Shown in pieces: positions 26,901 through 34,361 of a stretch of DNA of 64,000 bases (the first letter of the stretch is position 1; the number at the start of each line of letters is the position of its first letter). A program made the position numbers and the translations under genes. Location of the stretch: contig CAYMDK010000003.1 of the NCBI GenBank assembly GCA_964389465.1, forward strand, positions 4,148 through 68,147, written 5' to 3'. The notes beneath the pieces are model-generated. The model ran no database searches, was not told the origin of the DNA, and was given only the letters and a program-made list of their open reading frames with translations. This stretch comes from an uncultured archaeon. Its GTDB lineage: Archaea > Thermoplasmatota > Poseidoniia > MGIII > CG-Epi1.

Positions 26901-27893
26901 TATTGTGCGATTCAGGGTATTGTTGTCCTCATCGCTTTCCACAACATCTTGCCCAGCATCAGCCATAGCTCTGAGAGAAAAGTCTCCGAGCGCTTCCGGA
27001 GTCCAGTAGAACACACTTTCAGCCGTAGCATTGGGCGCCAGTTCAGTTATGGTAGTATTCCCCAGCTCCTCACCCTCGATTTCCAGCGTGACACTGAAGC
27101 TCTCAGCGGTTTCGTTTCCCACGTTGGAAGTAATCACCCTCAGCCACAGGTCATCACCGAGGATAATCGGTTTTTCCCTCCAGGACTGGACGTTGACCAC
27201 GAGCTCGACATCAAGCCACTGATCAGGGTCCCCACCCCAAGTGCTATCTCTTCCTAGTATGGCAAGTACGTTGTCACCTTCGACTAGCCAATCTTGATTA
27301 GGCCCTGACTGGGAGCCTCCGTCATAGGTTAGTTCATTGTTCCAGTATGCAGTGTCTCCTTGGTAACAATTATTATTGTTCTGGTAAGAATAGCAGTCTC
27401 GAATAAGGTTCCCGTTCAGGTAGGCGACATAGTAGTTATTGTAGGCCAGGTTCAGGGTTGCACTGATTGCATCATACTCATCATTGTAAGTAAAGTGATG
27501 GCGAATTATGACGTGGTCATTCAGATTATCCTCTGTTTGCCACATCGTGCCCGGACTGGCACCGGCCTGGTCATTATTGCCGAAGGGTGCTGCTCCTGAA
27601 TTCCAGGGTGCGTCGTCAAAATTCTTCGCATACCAGTTTTCAGGGATACACGATTGCTCGTCGCAGTCGTCATCGTCATCATCGTAAAAATTATACTTGT
27701 ATACAGTGCCAGCATCTCGTCCGCTCTGGACGATGGTAACTGGATCACCCGTCTCAAAGTCATTAGTGTAGTCCAGAGCAGTAACCGTCAGGTCCGCTCC
27801 GTCTCCCGTTGCAGACGCGGCCGCCAGTGAAAACAGGAACAAAAACGCGAGCGCGGTGAGTGAATTTCGTAATGTCCTGAGCATGATACTCAT
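23904..27893 (-). CDS. Giant (1329 aa) cell-surface glycoprotein-like protein: signal peptide, two jelly-roll carbohydrate-binding-like modules, CARDB-like and Fn3-like domains, C-terminal TM and cytoplasmic zinc ribbon
   Basis: ORF 23904..28025 trimmed to ATG 27891-27893 (MSIMLRTLRNSLTALAFLFLFSLAAASATG). CARDB-like signature LRVITSNVGNETAESFSVTL...ESDEDNNT. Fn3-like PPSAPRSF...EYHVIRK. TM GIPVLLLAGVALAIIGGGAAAWWF. Tail CNGCG...CPGCG. Very many NxS/T sequons. Confidence 0.85.
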   Translation of the reverse strand: MSIMLRTLRNSLTALAFLFLFSLAAASATGDGADLTVTALDYTNDFETGDPVTIVQSGRDAGTVYKYNFYDDDDDDCDEQSCIPENWYAKNFDDAPWNSGAAPFGNNDQAGASPGTMWQTEDNLNDHVIIRHHFTYNDEYDAISATLNLAYNNYYVAYLNGNLIRDCYSYQNNNNCYQGDTAYWNNELTYDGGSQSGPNQDWLVEGDNVLAILGRDSTWGGDPDQWLDVELVVNVQSWREKPIILGDDLWLRVITSNVGNETAESFSVTLEIEGEELGNTTITELAPNATAESVFYWTPEALGDFSLRAMADAGQDVVESDEDNNTLNRTIHIGFYAYNLTVESSHVVGNITDIFRYNLTVTNEGDVEDNFTLSASGIFYNWDWTLTPNILHLQPGESGNATLEIIPDRETLAGNYSVFMSAKSQYYSEFRETVVLSGRDNDTEWWWAHSNSSNTRLYYCTDNDEPDDPDYECDISWTELDFDYDNNWTLDPAPFGDTDIGNVDNNTVWQGNSYAYFRHIFTITNVSDYEGASLSLNTAANNYGTYYLNGQIVFNDMRQGQGHTANYWNDETLFGPELLQEGENVLASVVRETGNTQWFDEEIVAVFSQSAAWDFVPLPLELEMEVLPTYNFSVTAPISNKQIPDDTNYTFEIWITNLGNIGDTYDMTVTLNDTYNFTILNYTTAGMHSVVGEGAIGYINVTMRDLIEGDARGGFNVTVISRNSTEQLTKWIELTALLYVVPDTLRPVTEAITDPLVNSTSFLVEWEVAEWYRLDEVLGNDTLTVTIEYRRDNGSGGWEEWQVWQVFTAEDEDNPLGSGSGIFSLGEDGRSFQFRAIGLDDDGLLEDKAGRNDTETLVDTTPPTVAVSSDPAGALLSTDYLELSWESSASDLAGYDLQHSLDGSAWETLLADSLETRFDYYVTADGSHAFRVIVSDDAGNRDVPAEPQVSVVIDTASPTGVLAPLAPLTGELAVALLPSEDDSTSYNLSYARIAEEQLLTAIWAWQELGSWNSTQSHDFDVDDGYAYFFRYTPVDAAGNIADRNALTASYSGDGNPGQAFALPLPAIVQQGDPQLSVRAGLVELVRSDVPGMVLSSQFFYDTATATIQFGNGASGYLPGEGEVITIAWSGYDAATLVDRTPPSAPRSFQLTLAPDGTAQLRFLYSASEDVVEYHVIRKDSPNATGDLLATLAASEGYLTYVDQPPAEQLWIYRVVAVDRRGQLSPAVEATVDLSPAVKPPADGSETGGGGGIPVLLLAGVALAIIGGGAAAWWFTRPPPVAAGPALTEVASPFTAAGEELACNGCGTIFAPDGETLHCPGCGQVGPPPS

Positions 27894-27923
27894 CTTCCCG
27901 GGGAGCGCGTCAGTGCGCGCGGG

Positions 27924-27931
27924 GATATAAG
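27924..27931. promoter_or_regulatory. TATA-like element in the divergent region between the giant surface gene and the MFS gene
   Basis: gatataag lies 31-38 nt from ATG 27893 (-) and about 45 nt from GTG 27975 (+). Confidence 0.35.
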
Positions 27932-27974
27932 TGCGTTCTACTGCGCCGGCTCCCTGCGGTCGCCGGTTTCGTGG

Positions 27975-29345
27975 GTGCAGGCTGTTATCCACCCCTCGCC
28001 TGCGGGGCCGGTGAAGCCGCTCCACATCCTGATGCTGACGATGTTCGTCGACCTGGCGGGGTTCGCGATGTTCATCCCGCTGCTGAACTACATCGTGGCC
28101 GAGCTGGGCGGTAGCATCCTCACGGTGGGGCTGCTGATTACCGCCTTTTCGCTGGCGCAGTTCGTATGCCTGCCGGCGTGGGGGCGGTTGAGCGACCGCA
28201 TCGGCCGCCGGCCAGTCATCATGCTCGGCCTCGGCGGCGCGGCGGTGGCGTACGCTGTGTTCGGGCTGGCCGACCCGGCGCTCGGGCTCAGCGACGACAA
28301 CCGCCTCCTGCTGGGGGTGCTGTTTCTGTCACGCATCATGCTGGGGGTGATGAGCGCCAACTACGCCGCCGCGTATGCCTACGTGGCGGACGTGACGCCG
28401 CCCGAGGAGCGCGCGCAGGGGATGGGGCTGCTCGGCGTCGCCTTCGGGCTGGGGTTCGTCTGCGGGCCGGCGCTGGGCGGGCTGCTGGGGCAGTGGGGCT
28501 TCTGGCTGCCGGCGTTCTTCGGGTCGGGGCTGGCGCTGCTGAACCTCTTCTGCGCCTGGCGCTGGCTGCCCGAGTCGCTCCCGCCAGGCCACGTGGTGCG
28601 GCCGCGCGTCTCGCCGGGGGAAGCGCTGCGCGAGACCGTGGCGTACCTGCGGCAGCCGCGCTTGGGATTGCTGCTGGTAATCTTCACGCTCTACCTGCTG
28701 GCGTTCTCAATTATCTTCGGCACCTTCGTCGAGTTCTCGAAGGAGCGCATCGGCCTGCCGGTGCGGCTCTCCGGGGTCCTGTTCGCCTACATGGGTGGCG
28801 TCAGCATCGTGACGCAGGGCGGCCTCGTCGGCCCGGCGGTGCGCCGCTGCGGCGAAGCGTGGACCTCGCGCGCGGGCGCGCTGCTGATGCTGCTCGGTAT
28901 GGGCTATATTCCCTACACCACGACGCTCGAAGGCGTTGCGCTGGCAACGACGATTTTCTCGCTCGGCAGCGGCTTCATCCAGCCGACGCTCAACGCGCTG
29001 ATTTCGCGCGCGGTGGGGCCGCAGGAGCAGGGGACGGTGCTGGGGCTGAGCCAGTCGCTGGGCGCGCTGTCGCGTGCCATCGGGCCGCTGCTCGGCACCT
29101 CGCTCTGGACGCTGCTCGGCTACGCGGCGCCGTTCCGCCTCGCGTCGCTCACCTTCGCGTTGGTGCTGGTGCTGATGCTGCAGGTGGGGCAGTCGCGTCG
29201 CGCCGTGGTGCAGCAGAGCGCGCTGCTCTTCGCCGGCTTCAGCCTCGCGCTCTGGGCCATCTCGTCCTCGGCGGAGCTGGACCGGCTGGCACTCGTTGCA
29301 GCTGCGGCGGCTTTGGTCGGGGCGTTGCTAACCCGGAAGCAGTAG
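27975..29345 (+). CDS. MFS transporter (TetA/drug-H+ antiporter-like)
   Basis: 12 or more TM helices. The loop 2-3 motif is GRLSDRIGRRPVIMLG. GTG start; the true start may be slightly downstream. Confidence 0.85.
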   Translation: MQAVIHPSPAGPVKPLHILMLTMFVDLAGFAMFIPLLNYIVAELGGSILTVGLLITAFSLAQFVCLPAWGRLSDRIGRRPVIMLGLGGAAVAYAVFGLADPALGLSDDNRLLLGVLFLSRIMLGVMSANYAAAYAYVADVTPPEERAQGMGLLGVAFGLGFVCGPALGGLLGQWGFWLPAFFGSGLALLNLFCAWRWLPESLPPGHVVRPRVSPGEALRETVAYLRQPRLGLLLVIFTLYLLAFSIIFGTFVEFSKERIGLPVRLSGVLFAYMGGVSIVTQGGLVGPAVRRCGEAWTSRAGALLMLLGMGYIPYTTTLEGVALATTIFSLGSGFIQPTLNALISRAVGPQEQGTVLGLSQSLGALSRAIGPLLGTSLWTLLGYAAPFRLASLTFALVLVLMLQVGQSRRAVVQQSALLFAGFSLALWAISSSAELDRLALVAAAAALVGALLTRKQ

Positions 29346-29969
29346 TTCGAGCAAGCCGTCGAGCGACTCGTCGGGCAGGTGGTGCGTCGCCGCCGCGATG
29401 ACTCGCTCGTCGTCGGTGTTGACCGCGACGCTGGTCCCCGCGAGCGCGAACAGGTCCAGATCGACCACCGTATCGCCGACCGCCGCCACCTCCTCGCGCG
29501 CGGCGTGATGGCGTGCCATTACGCCCCGCATCACCGGCGCCTTGGCGTGGCCGCTGACGCGAATATCGCCCTGCAGCCCCGCGGGCGAATCGAACAGCGA
29601 GTTGGCGTGCGCTTCCGCCATGCCCCACTCCGCCGCCAGCTTCTGCGCGAGATAGTCTATGCCGCCCGAGATAATCGCGGTCGCGACTCCCGCTGCGTGC
29701 AGCCCGGCGACCGCCTCGGCGGCGCCCGGCAGCAGTTCGGCTCCGTCGAGCGCACCGTTGACCGTCGCCGCGTCAACGGGGCCGCCGTGAGCGGCGGCCC
29801 AGAGCGCAAGGTCGGTGGCGACGAACTCGGCGTCGCTGACTTCGTGCCGCAGGTAGCGCGCGAGCATCTCGGAATTGTCGGTGCCGAAATGGTCGTGCAG
29901 CAGCCCCCACGACGACTTGGGGCGCAGCAGCGTCCCGTCCATGTCGAAGACGACGAGCTTGAGCGTCAT
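29328..29969 (-). CDS. HAD-IB hydrolase (phosphoserine phosphatase-like)
   Basis: Motifs VVFDMDGTL, ISGG and AVGDTVVDLDLF. The 3' end overlaps the convergent MFS gene by 18 nt. Confidence 0.8.
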   Translation of the reverse strand: MTLKLVVFDMDGTLLRPKSSWGLLHDHFGTDNSEMLARYLRHEVSDAEFVATDLALWAAAHGGPVDAATVNGALDGAELLPGAAEAVAGLHAAGVATAIISGGIDYLAQKLAAEWGMAEAHANSLFDSPAGLQGDIRVSGHAKAPVMRGVMARHHAAREEVAAVGDTVVDLDLFALAGTSVAVNTDDERVIAAATHHLPDESLDGLLELLLPG

Positions 29970-29971
29970 GG

Positions 29972-30268
29972 CTAACCGAAGCTGGAGCTGAAGCGGTCGC
30001 CCTGCCCCGCCTGGCGGTCGAACATCTGCTTCATCTGCTCGCGCGAGACCGAGTGCGCCTTCTCGGCCATCTCGAAAGATTCCTTCGCGCCATCCTTGTC
30101 CATCTCGATGCGGAAGCTCAGGCCGGAGAAGACCAGCGCCTCCTTGCCTTCGCCGGGGAAAACCGCCAGCACCCCCACTTCGGGATTGGACTGGAACTTG
30201 ACTTTTTCGAAAACCTGCGTCTCGCCGTCGCCCGGCAGGAATACGGTAATCCTCTTCGCCCTGAACAT
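29972..30268 (-). CDS. Hypothetical small soluble protein
   Basis: 98-aa ORF with an ATG start, 2 nt upstream of the HAD gene. A TATA-like element lies 20-31 nt upstream. No family recognised. Confidence 0.45.
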   Translation of the reverse strand: MFRAKRITVFLPGDGETQVFEKVKFQSNPEVGVLAVFPGEGKEALVFSGLSFRIEMDKDGAKESFEMAEKAHSVSREQMKQMFDRQAGQGDRFSSSFG

Positions 30269-30287
30269 GGAGCGCGGCAGCCTCTAT

Positions 30288-30299
30288 CCTAAATTAGGG
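30288..30299 (-). promoter_or_regulatory. TATA box candidate for 29972..30268
   Basis: The minus strand reads cctaatttagga, 20-31 nt upstream of ATG 30268. Confidence 0.4.
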
Positions 30300-30434
30300 T
30301 TTGCGCCTCGCCCCCCATGCGAGCTGGCCTCTGCGCCGAGTGCAGCGCGCCCGCCCTCACCGCTTGCCGCGGCTGTTCAGCGATGCTTTGCGGCGATTGC
30401 CGCAGTGTCCATAGTTGCAGCGCAAAGCTGGGCT

Positions 30435-30445
30435 GAATTTATTAC
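30435..30445 (+). promoter_or_regulatory. TATA box candidate for 30466..31086
   Basis: gaatttattac lies 21-31 nt upstream of ATG 30466. Confidence 0.4.
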
Positions 30446-30465
30446 ACGGCGCGCCTGCGCGGGCG

Positions 30466-31086
30466 ATGCAGCGGCTGACGCTGGGCGACTGCACGCTCGC
30501 CATCTTCCCGACGGTCAAGGGGCTGGCGAGCGAGCTGCCGGGGCTGGAGGCGGCGTGGGCCGCGGCGCGCCCGCAGGCGCTGGCGCTGGCCGTCAGCCCC
30601 GGCGAGGTCGCGGGGCTCCGCGAGTGGGACGGCGAGCCGTTCGACATCTCGGGCTGGGAAGAGCTCTACGGGCTGGCGCTGCGCCAGGTGGCGGGCGACG
30701 ACGGCGTGCGCCTCCCGCCGCCCGCCCTCCGCCGCGCGCTGGCGCTGGCCGATGACGCCGGCGTTCCCGTGGAGGCGCTCGACCTGCCGGAGGAGGAGTT
30801 CACCACGCTCTTCACGGAATCGGTATCGACCTGGCAGTGGTTCCGGAAGGACCGGCTCGAGAAGCGGCTCCGCAAGCGCGGCTTCGAGGCGGCGACGCCG
30901 CAGGAACTCGCGCTCGAGATGGACCGCCACCTGTGCACGTTGAGCGGCTACGCCGGCGTCGAGCGCGGCCGCGAGGCGGAGATGGCGCGACGGCTGCGCG
31001 AGGCGTGTGCGGAGCGGCAGCGCGTGCTGGCGGTCATCGAGCTGCCGCGCGTCGCGGGGGTCGTGGATTTGCTGCCCCAAGCCTAA
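30466..31086 (+). CDS. Hypothetical protein, weak TraB/GumN-like resemblance
   Basis: ORF 30415..31086 trimmed to an ATG preceded by a TATA-like box. The N-terminus LAIFPTVKGLASE loosely resembles the TraB-family LGTAHVS start. Family call is tentative. Confidence 0.4.
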   Translation: MQRLTLGDCTLAIFPTVKGLASELPGLEAAWAAARPQALALAVSPGEVAGLREWDGEPFDISGWEELYGLALRQVAGDDGVRLPPPALRRALALADDAGVPVEALDLPEEEFTTLFTESVSTWQWFRKDRLEKRLRKRGFEAATPQELALEMDRHLCTLSGYAGVERGREAEMARRLREACAERQRVLAVIELPRVAGVVDLLPQA

Positions 31087-31109
31087 AGCACCCCCCATAA
31101 TCCGCGCCC

Positions 31110-31185
31110 GGGCTCGTGAGGTAGTCCGGAATCCTACTGGGCTTCGGACCCAGGTACGGGGGTTCAAATCCCCCCGGGCCCGCCA
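31110..31185 (+). tRNA. tRNA-Arg (anticodon TCG), encoded CCA
   Basis: Hand-folded. Acceptor GGGCTCG/CGGGCCC (one G:U pair), anticodon stem CTGGG/CCCAG with loop CTTCGGA, T arm GGGGG-TTCAAAT-CCCCC, discriminator G, then CCA. Confidence 0.85.
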
Positions 31186-31186
31186 T

Positions 31187-31206
31187 GCACTGCCTCGAGG
31201 CAGTGC
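31187..31206. repeat. Perfect 20-nt palindrome immediately 3' of tRNA-Arg
   Basis: gcactgcc tcga ggcagtgc begins 2 nt after the CCA end. Confidence 0.7.
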
Positions 31207-31242
31207 AACGCCGGGGAATTGGAGTCGCGATTTTGATGGACC

Positions 31243-31253
31243 TTTTTATTTTT
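31243..31253 (+). terminator. Oligo-T tract (archaeal terminator candidate)
   Basis: tttttattttt, in the gap between tRNA-Arg and the convergent crotonase gene. Confidence 0.4.
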
Positions 31254-31349
31254 GGTCAAGCAACCGGCCGGCGGCGAGCAGCCGTCGGCCGAGGTTGCGC
31301 CGTGAGCGGAGCGAACAGGTTTTGCGAGCCCGCCAGCGCCCGCTATTTC

Positions 31350-32123
31350 CTATGCGAAATCGGGCTCCCGCCCTTCGAGGAAGGCGGTGATGCCCTCGAC
31401 CGCGTCGCCGGCGTTGCCGGAATCGCGGTTGCGCTCGCTCTCCAGCTCGAGCTGCTCCTCGGCGGTGAGGTTGTCGGCCGCCGCGAGCAGCCGCTTGGTT
31501 TCGCCCATCGCCTGCGTCGGTCCGGCGGCGAGCCGCTGCGCCTCAGTCATCGCGAATTCCGCCAGCTCCCCGTCGGGAACGAGGTGGTGCACCAGCCCCC
31601 ACTCGCGCATCTCGGCGCCGCTGAGCGTACGCTCGCCGAAGAAGAGCGCCTGCGTGCGGCTGAGGCCGATGAGCCGCGGCAGCAGGTAGGTCGCGCCCCC
31701 GGCCGGGACGAAGCCGCGCTTGAAGTGTGCCGAGAGCAGCTGTGCCGACTCGGCTGCGATGCGCACGTCGCCCGCCAGCGCCATGCCGATGGCGCCTCCG
31801 GCAACGATGCCGTTGATGGCGGTGACGACTGGCTTGCGCATCGTCAGCATCGCGCTGACCGTGTCGTGCAACTGGTCGGTCAGCTGGTAGAACAGGTCGC
31901 CCGCGCGCGGCAGGTGCTTGCCCATCTCGCCGACGTCGCCGCCGCTCGAGAAGGCGCGGCCGTTGCCGGTCAGCAGCAGGCAGCGCACCGACGCGTCGGT
32001 CGCCGCGGATTCCACGGCGTTGCAGATGTCGGTCGCCATTGCGAGAGTGAGCGCGTTCAGCTTCGCGGGCCGGTTGAGCGTGATGATCCGCACCGCCCCC
32101 TCATTGCGTGTCTCGACAGCCAT
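31350..32123 (-). CDS. Enoyl-CoA hydratase/isomerase (crotonase) family protein
   Basis: VRIITLNRPAKLNAL...LLLTGNGRAFSSGGDVGEM...INGIVAGGAIGMALAGD. ORF trimmed to ATG 32121-32123. Confidence 0.85.
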   Translation of the reverse strand: MAVETRNEGAVRIITLNRPAKLNALTLAMATDICNAVESAATDASVRCLLLTGNGRAFSSGGDVGEMGKHLPRAGDLFYQLTDQLHDTVSAMLTMRKPVVTAINGIVAGGAIGMALAGDVRIAAESAQLLSAHFKRGFVPAGGATYLLPRLIGLSRTQALFFGERTLSGAEMREWGLVHHLVPDGELAEFAMTEAQRLAAGPTQAMGETKRLLAAADNLTAEEQLELESERNRDSGNAGDAVEGITAFLEGREPDFA

Positions 32124-32204
32124 GCGCCGGCCGCAGGGCAGGGGGTCCAAAAGGGTGCCGGTTTCCCAAACAGATAAATCCCAACCCACTGGTCAGGTCC
32201 AGAA

Positions 32205-33026
32205 ATGGCGATGGGGTTCCCGGCTCGGTTATTCTCGGTAATTCTTAGAGTTTCACCAGGCCGTATTCGCAATTGGATGTGGAAATGGTGGTATCAGAGG
32301 CTGGCTAAAGCGCATCGCAGGTCTGATTTTCGTTTTATGAACTATGGGTACAAGGATGACAAGGGCCCCCAACTGTCCAGGGAAGACGAACCAAATCGAC
32401 TGTTCATCCAGCTCTATCATATGAATATCCGAGACATTGATTTGCAGGGGAAAGAAGTCCTTGAGGTGGGATCCGGGAGAGGAGGGGGTGCTTCCTGGAT
32501 AGCGAAGTATTGTGAACCCGAATCATTAGTTGGAGTTGATTTTTCCAAAGAGGCTGTTAGACTGTCCCGGAAATGGTATTCCGAACAGGAAAATCTTTCT
32601 TTCATAGAAGGTAATGCGGAATCCCTGTCTATGAATGATTCGGCTTTTGACGTGGTTTACAATGTCGAATCATCTCATTGTTATGGAAACATGAGAGCCT
32701 TTGCAGAGGAGGTTAATCGTGTCCTCCGGGCGGGCGGGCATTTCTGCTGGACCGATTTCAGAGATGAAGAAACCATGCAGAAAGTTCAATCCATATTCGT
32801 TGATTCTGGTTTTAAGCTGGTTTCAAAAAAGGAAATTACCAGAGAGGTTCTAGCTGCACTGGATGAGATAAATGAAGTGAAAATCGAGCAAATCAGGGAG
32901 AATGTTCCGAAATCAATTAGAAAAAGTTTTGAGACGTTCGCAGGTGTCCAGGGAACTCCAGTGTATGAAGGATTCCAGTCAGGCAGTTTGCATTATCACA
33001 GATACCTGCTTGTCAAGCTTGGATAA
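32205..33026 (+). CDS. Class I SAM-dependent methyltransferase (low-GC, probably horizontally acquired)
   Basis: Motif I VLEVGSGRGGGASW, then DVVYNVESSHCY. From memory this resembles the mycobacterial phthiotriol/phenolphthiotriol dimycocerosate O-methyltransferase family. By eye the gene is roughly 45 percent GC, against flanks near two-thirds. Confidence 0.85.
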   Translation: MAMGFPARLFSVILRVSPGRIRNWMWKWWYQRLAKAHRRSDFRFMNYGYKDDKGPQLSREDEPNRLFIQLYHMNIRDIDLQGKEVLEVGSGRGGGASWIAKYCEPESLVGVDFSKEAVRLSRKWYSEQENLSFIEGNAESLSMNDSAFDVVYNVESSHCYGNMRAFAEEVNRVLRAGGHFCWTDFRDEETMQKVQSIFVDSGFKLVSKKEITREVLAALDEINEVKIEQIRENVPKSIRKSFETFAGVQGTPVYEGFQSGSLHYHRYLLVKLG

Positions 33027-34269
33027 TCCGGCTCCGCGCCGCCAGCCCCAGCACCACGAACACCGCTAACGGCGAGACCGCCGGCACCGGCTGGTTCGGG
33101 ATATCTGGAAGCGGCGTGCCGACTTCGAGCGTCACCACCCCGTCAGCGTCCACATCGCGCTCGGGGTTGCGCAGGATGCGCTCGTAGCGCAGCTGCGAGT
33201 CATGCCAGTCGACCGTGGCGGTCTCGCCCGGCTCGAGCTGCGGCAGGATTATGCCGCCGGCCGACAGATTGTAGGCGGCGCCCCAGCCGTCGTTGCGCAC
33301 CGTCAGCTCACCGGGGCCGGTGGCGATAACCACCGGGCGGCCGCCCAGTTTCAGCAGGTTTTCCCACGCCATGTCGTACATCAGCAGCTCGTTCGCCAGC
33401 TCCTGCCGCAGCGTCGAATCCTCGACGGGCGACCACTGCATGGTGGTCACCTCGACAATCACGCTGATGGCGCCGCGCGCGCCGTAGCCCCACGCGATGG
33501 ATTCGCCGGCGCCCGACGGGTCGCGGTAGGCGAGCCCCGAGACGTTTGTCGACTCGTTCAGGAAGCGCTCGTAGAGCGCCCAGTCGGCAATCGGCACCGC
33601 TAAATCGCCGGTAATCTTCCACGGTAGCACGATGTCGTTCGAGCCGGTGTGCCCCGAGAAGTAGGCGTAGACGTTCAGGCTGCGCATCAGCGCCATGTTG
33701 TCCTGCGTCTCGCCCTCGCTCCCGGCGCTCGGCCCGCGATAGGTGCCCGACGCGGGGCAGGATCCGCGAGTGTCGCTGGTGCCGTAGGCACCCCACATCC
33801 AGGGGTAGTTGCGGTTCAGGTCGACGCCGTTCCAGTTGTTGCGGCAGTCCTGCAGGTGTCCGTCGGTGTTCATGATAGGCGTCACTACCAGCCGCTTGCC
33901 CGCCAGGTAACCGGGGTCGGCCGTCGACCGCTCTAGCACGTCCTGCAGGAACAGGAACGCCGCCTCGGAAGACATCCCCTCGTTGCCGTGGTGGGCGCCG
34001 TCGATGTAGAAGGTCGGCAGCGCCGCCAGCTCCGCCTCGGAGAGCGTGGTGATGTTCAGCGCGACATCGACCGAGAAAATCTCCAGCCCGAGCGGCCCGC
34101 TGCTGCTGCCGTGCTCGCTGTAGATTGCGATAGCGGGATACTGCGCCGCGAGCGCCTCGGTGTCGTCGCGCAGTTCGTAGTAGCTGTGCAGCCGCTCGAG
34201 CGCCTCGGCCTGCGGCGTGAGCGCCAGCAGCGTCAGCCCGAGCAGCGTCGCCAGCAGCAGGAATCGCAC
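33013..34269 (-). CDS. M14-family zinc carboxypeptidase, secreted with C-terminal membrane anchor
   Basis: Signal peptide MRFLLLATLLGLTLLALTPQAEA. Zn motif IDGAHHGNE, later FSGHTG. C-terminal TM VSPLAVFVVLGLAA. Confidence 0.8.
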   Translation of the reverse strand: MRFLLLATLLGLTLLALTPQAEALERLHSYYELRDDTEALAAQYPAIAIYSEHGSSSGPLGLEIFSVDVALNITTLSEAELAALPTFYIDGAHHGNEGMSSEAAFLFLQDVLERSTADPGYLAGKRLVVTPIMNTDGHLQDCRNNWNGVDLNRNYPWMWGAYGTSDTRGSCPASGTYRGPSAGSEGETQDNMALMRSLNVYAYFSGHTGSNDIVLPWKITGDLAVPIADWALYERFLNESTNVSGLAYRDPSGAGESIAWGYGARGAISVIVEVTTMQWSPVEDSTLRQELANELLMYDMAWENLLKLGGRPVVIATGPGELTVRNDGWGAAYNLSAGGIILPQLEPGETATVDWHDSQLRYERILRNPERDVDADGVVTLEVGTPLPDIPNQPVPAVSPLAVFVVLGLAARSRIIQA

Positions 34270-34361
34270 GCTCCGCCAGCCTGCGCCGGGGATTAACCTT
34301 GTCCCGCGGCGGCGCGGCGAGTTCGCCGCGCCGCCTTTATGGCGGGGCGCGCTGGCGCAGC

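Noticed and set aside
27640-27690. A short GAT/GAC-type triplet run, considered as a tandem repeat or CRISPR-like element.
   Set aside because: It is in frame within the giant surface-protein gene and simply encodes a poly-Asp stretch (DDDDDD). No spacer-repeat periodicity exists anywhere in the window.
31110-33026. A tRNA-Arg-linked integrated genomic island.
   Set aside because: No integrase, excisionase or transposase is present, and I could find no repeat of the tRNA 3' end. The gene directly next to the tRNA (crotonase) has native high GC. Only the single methyltransferase gene looks foreign.
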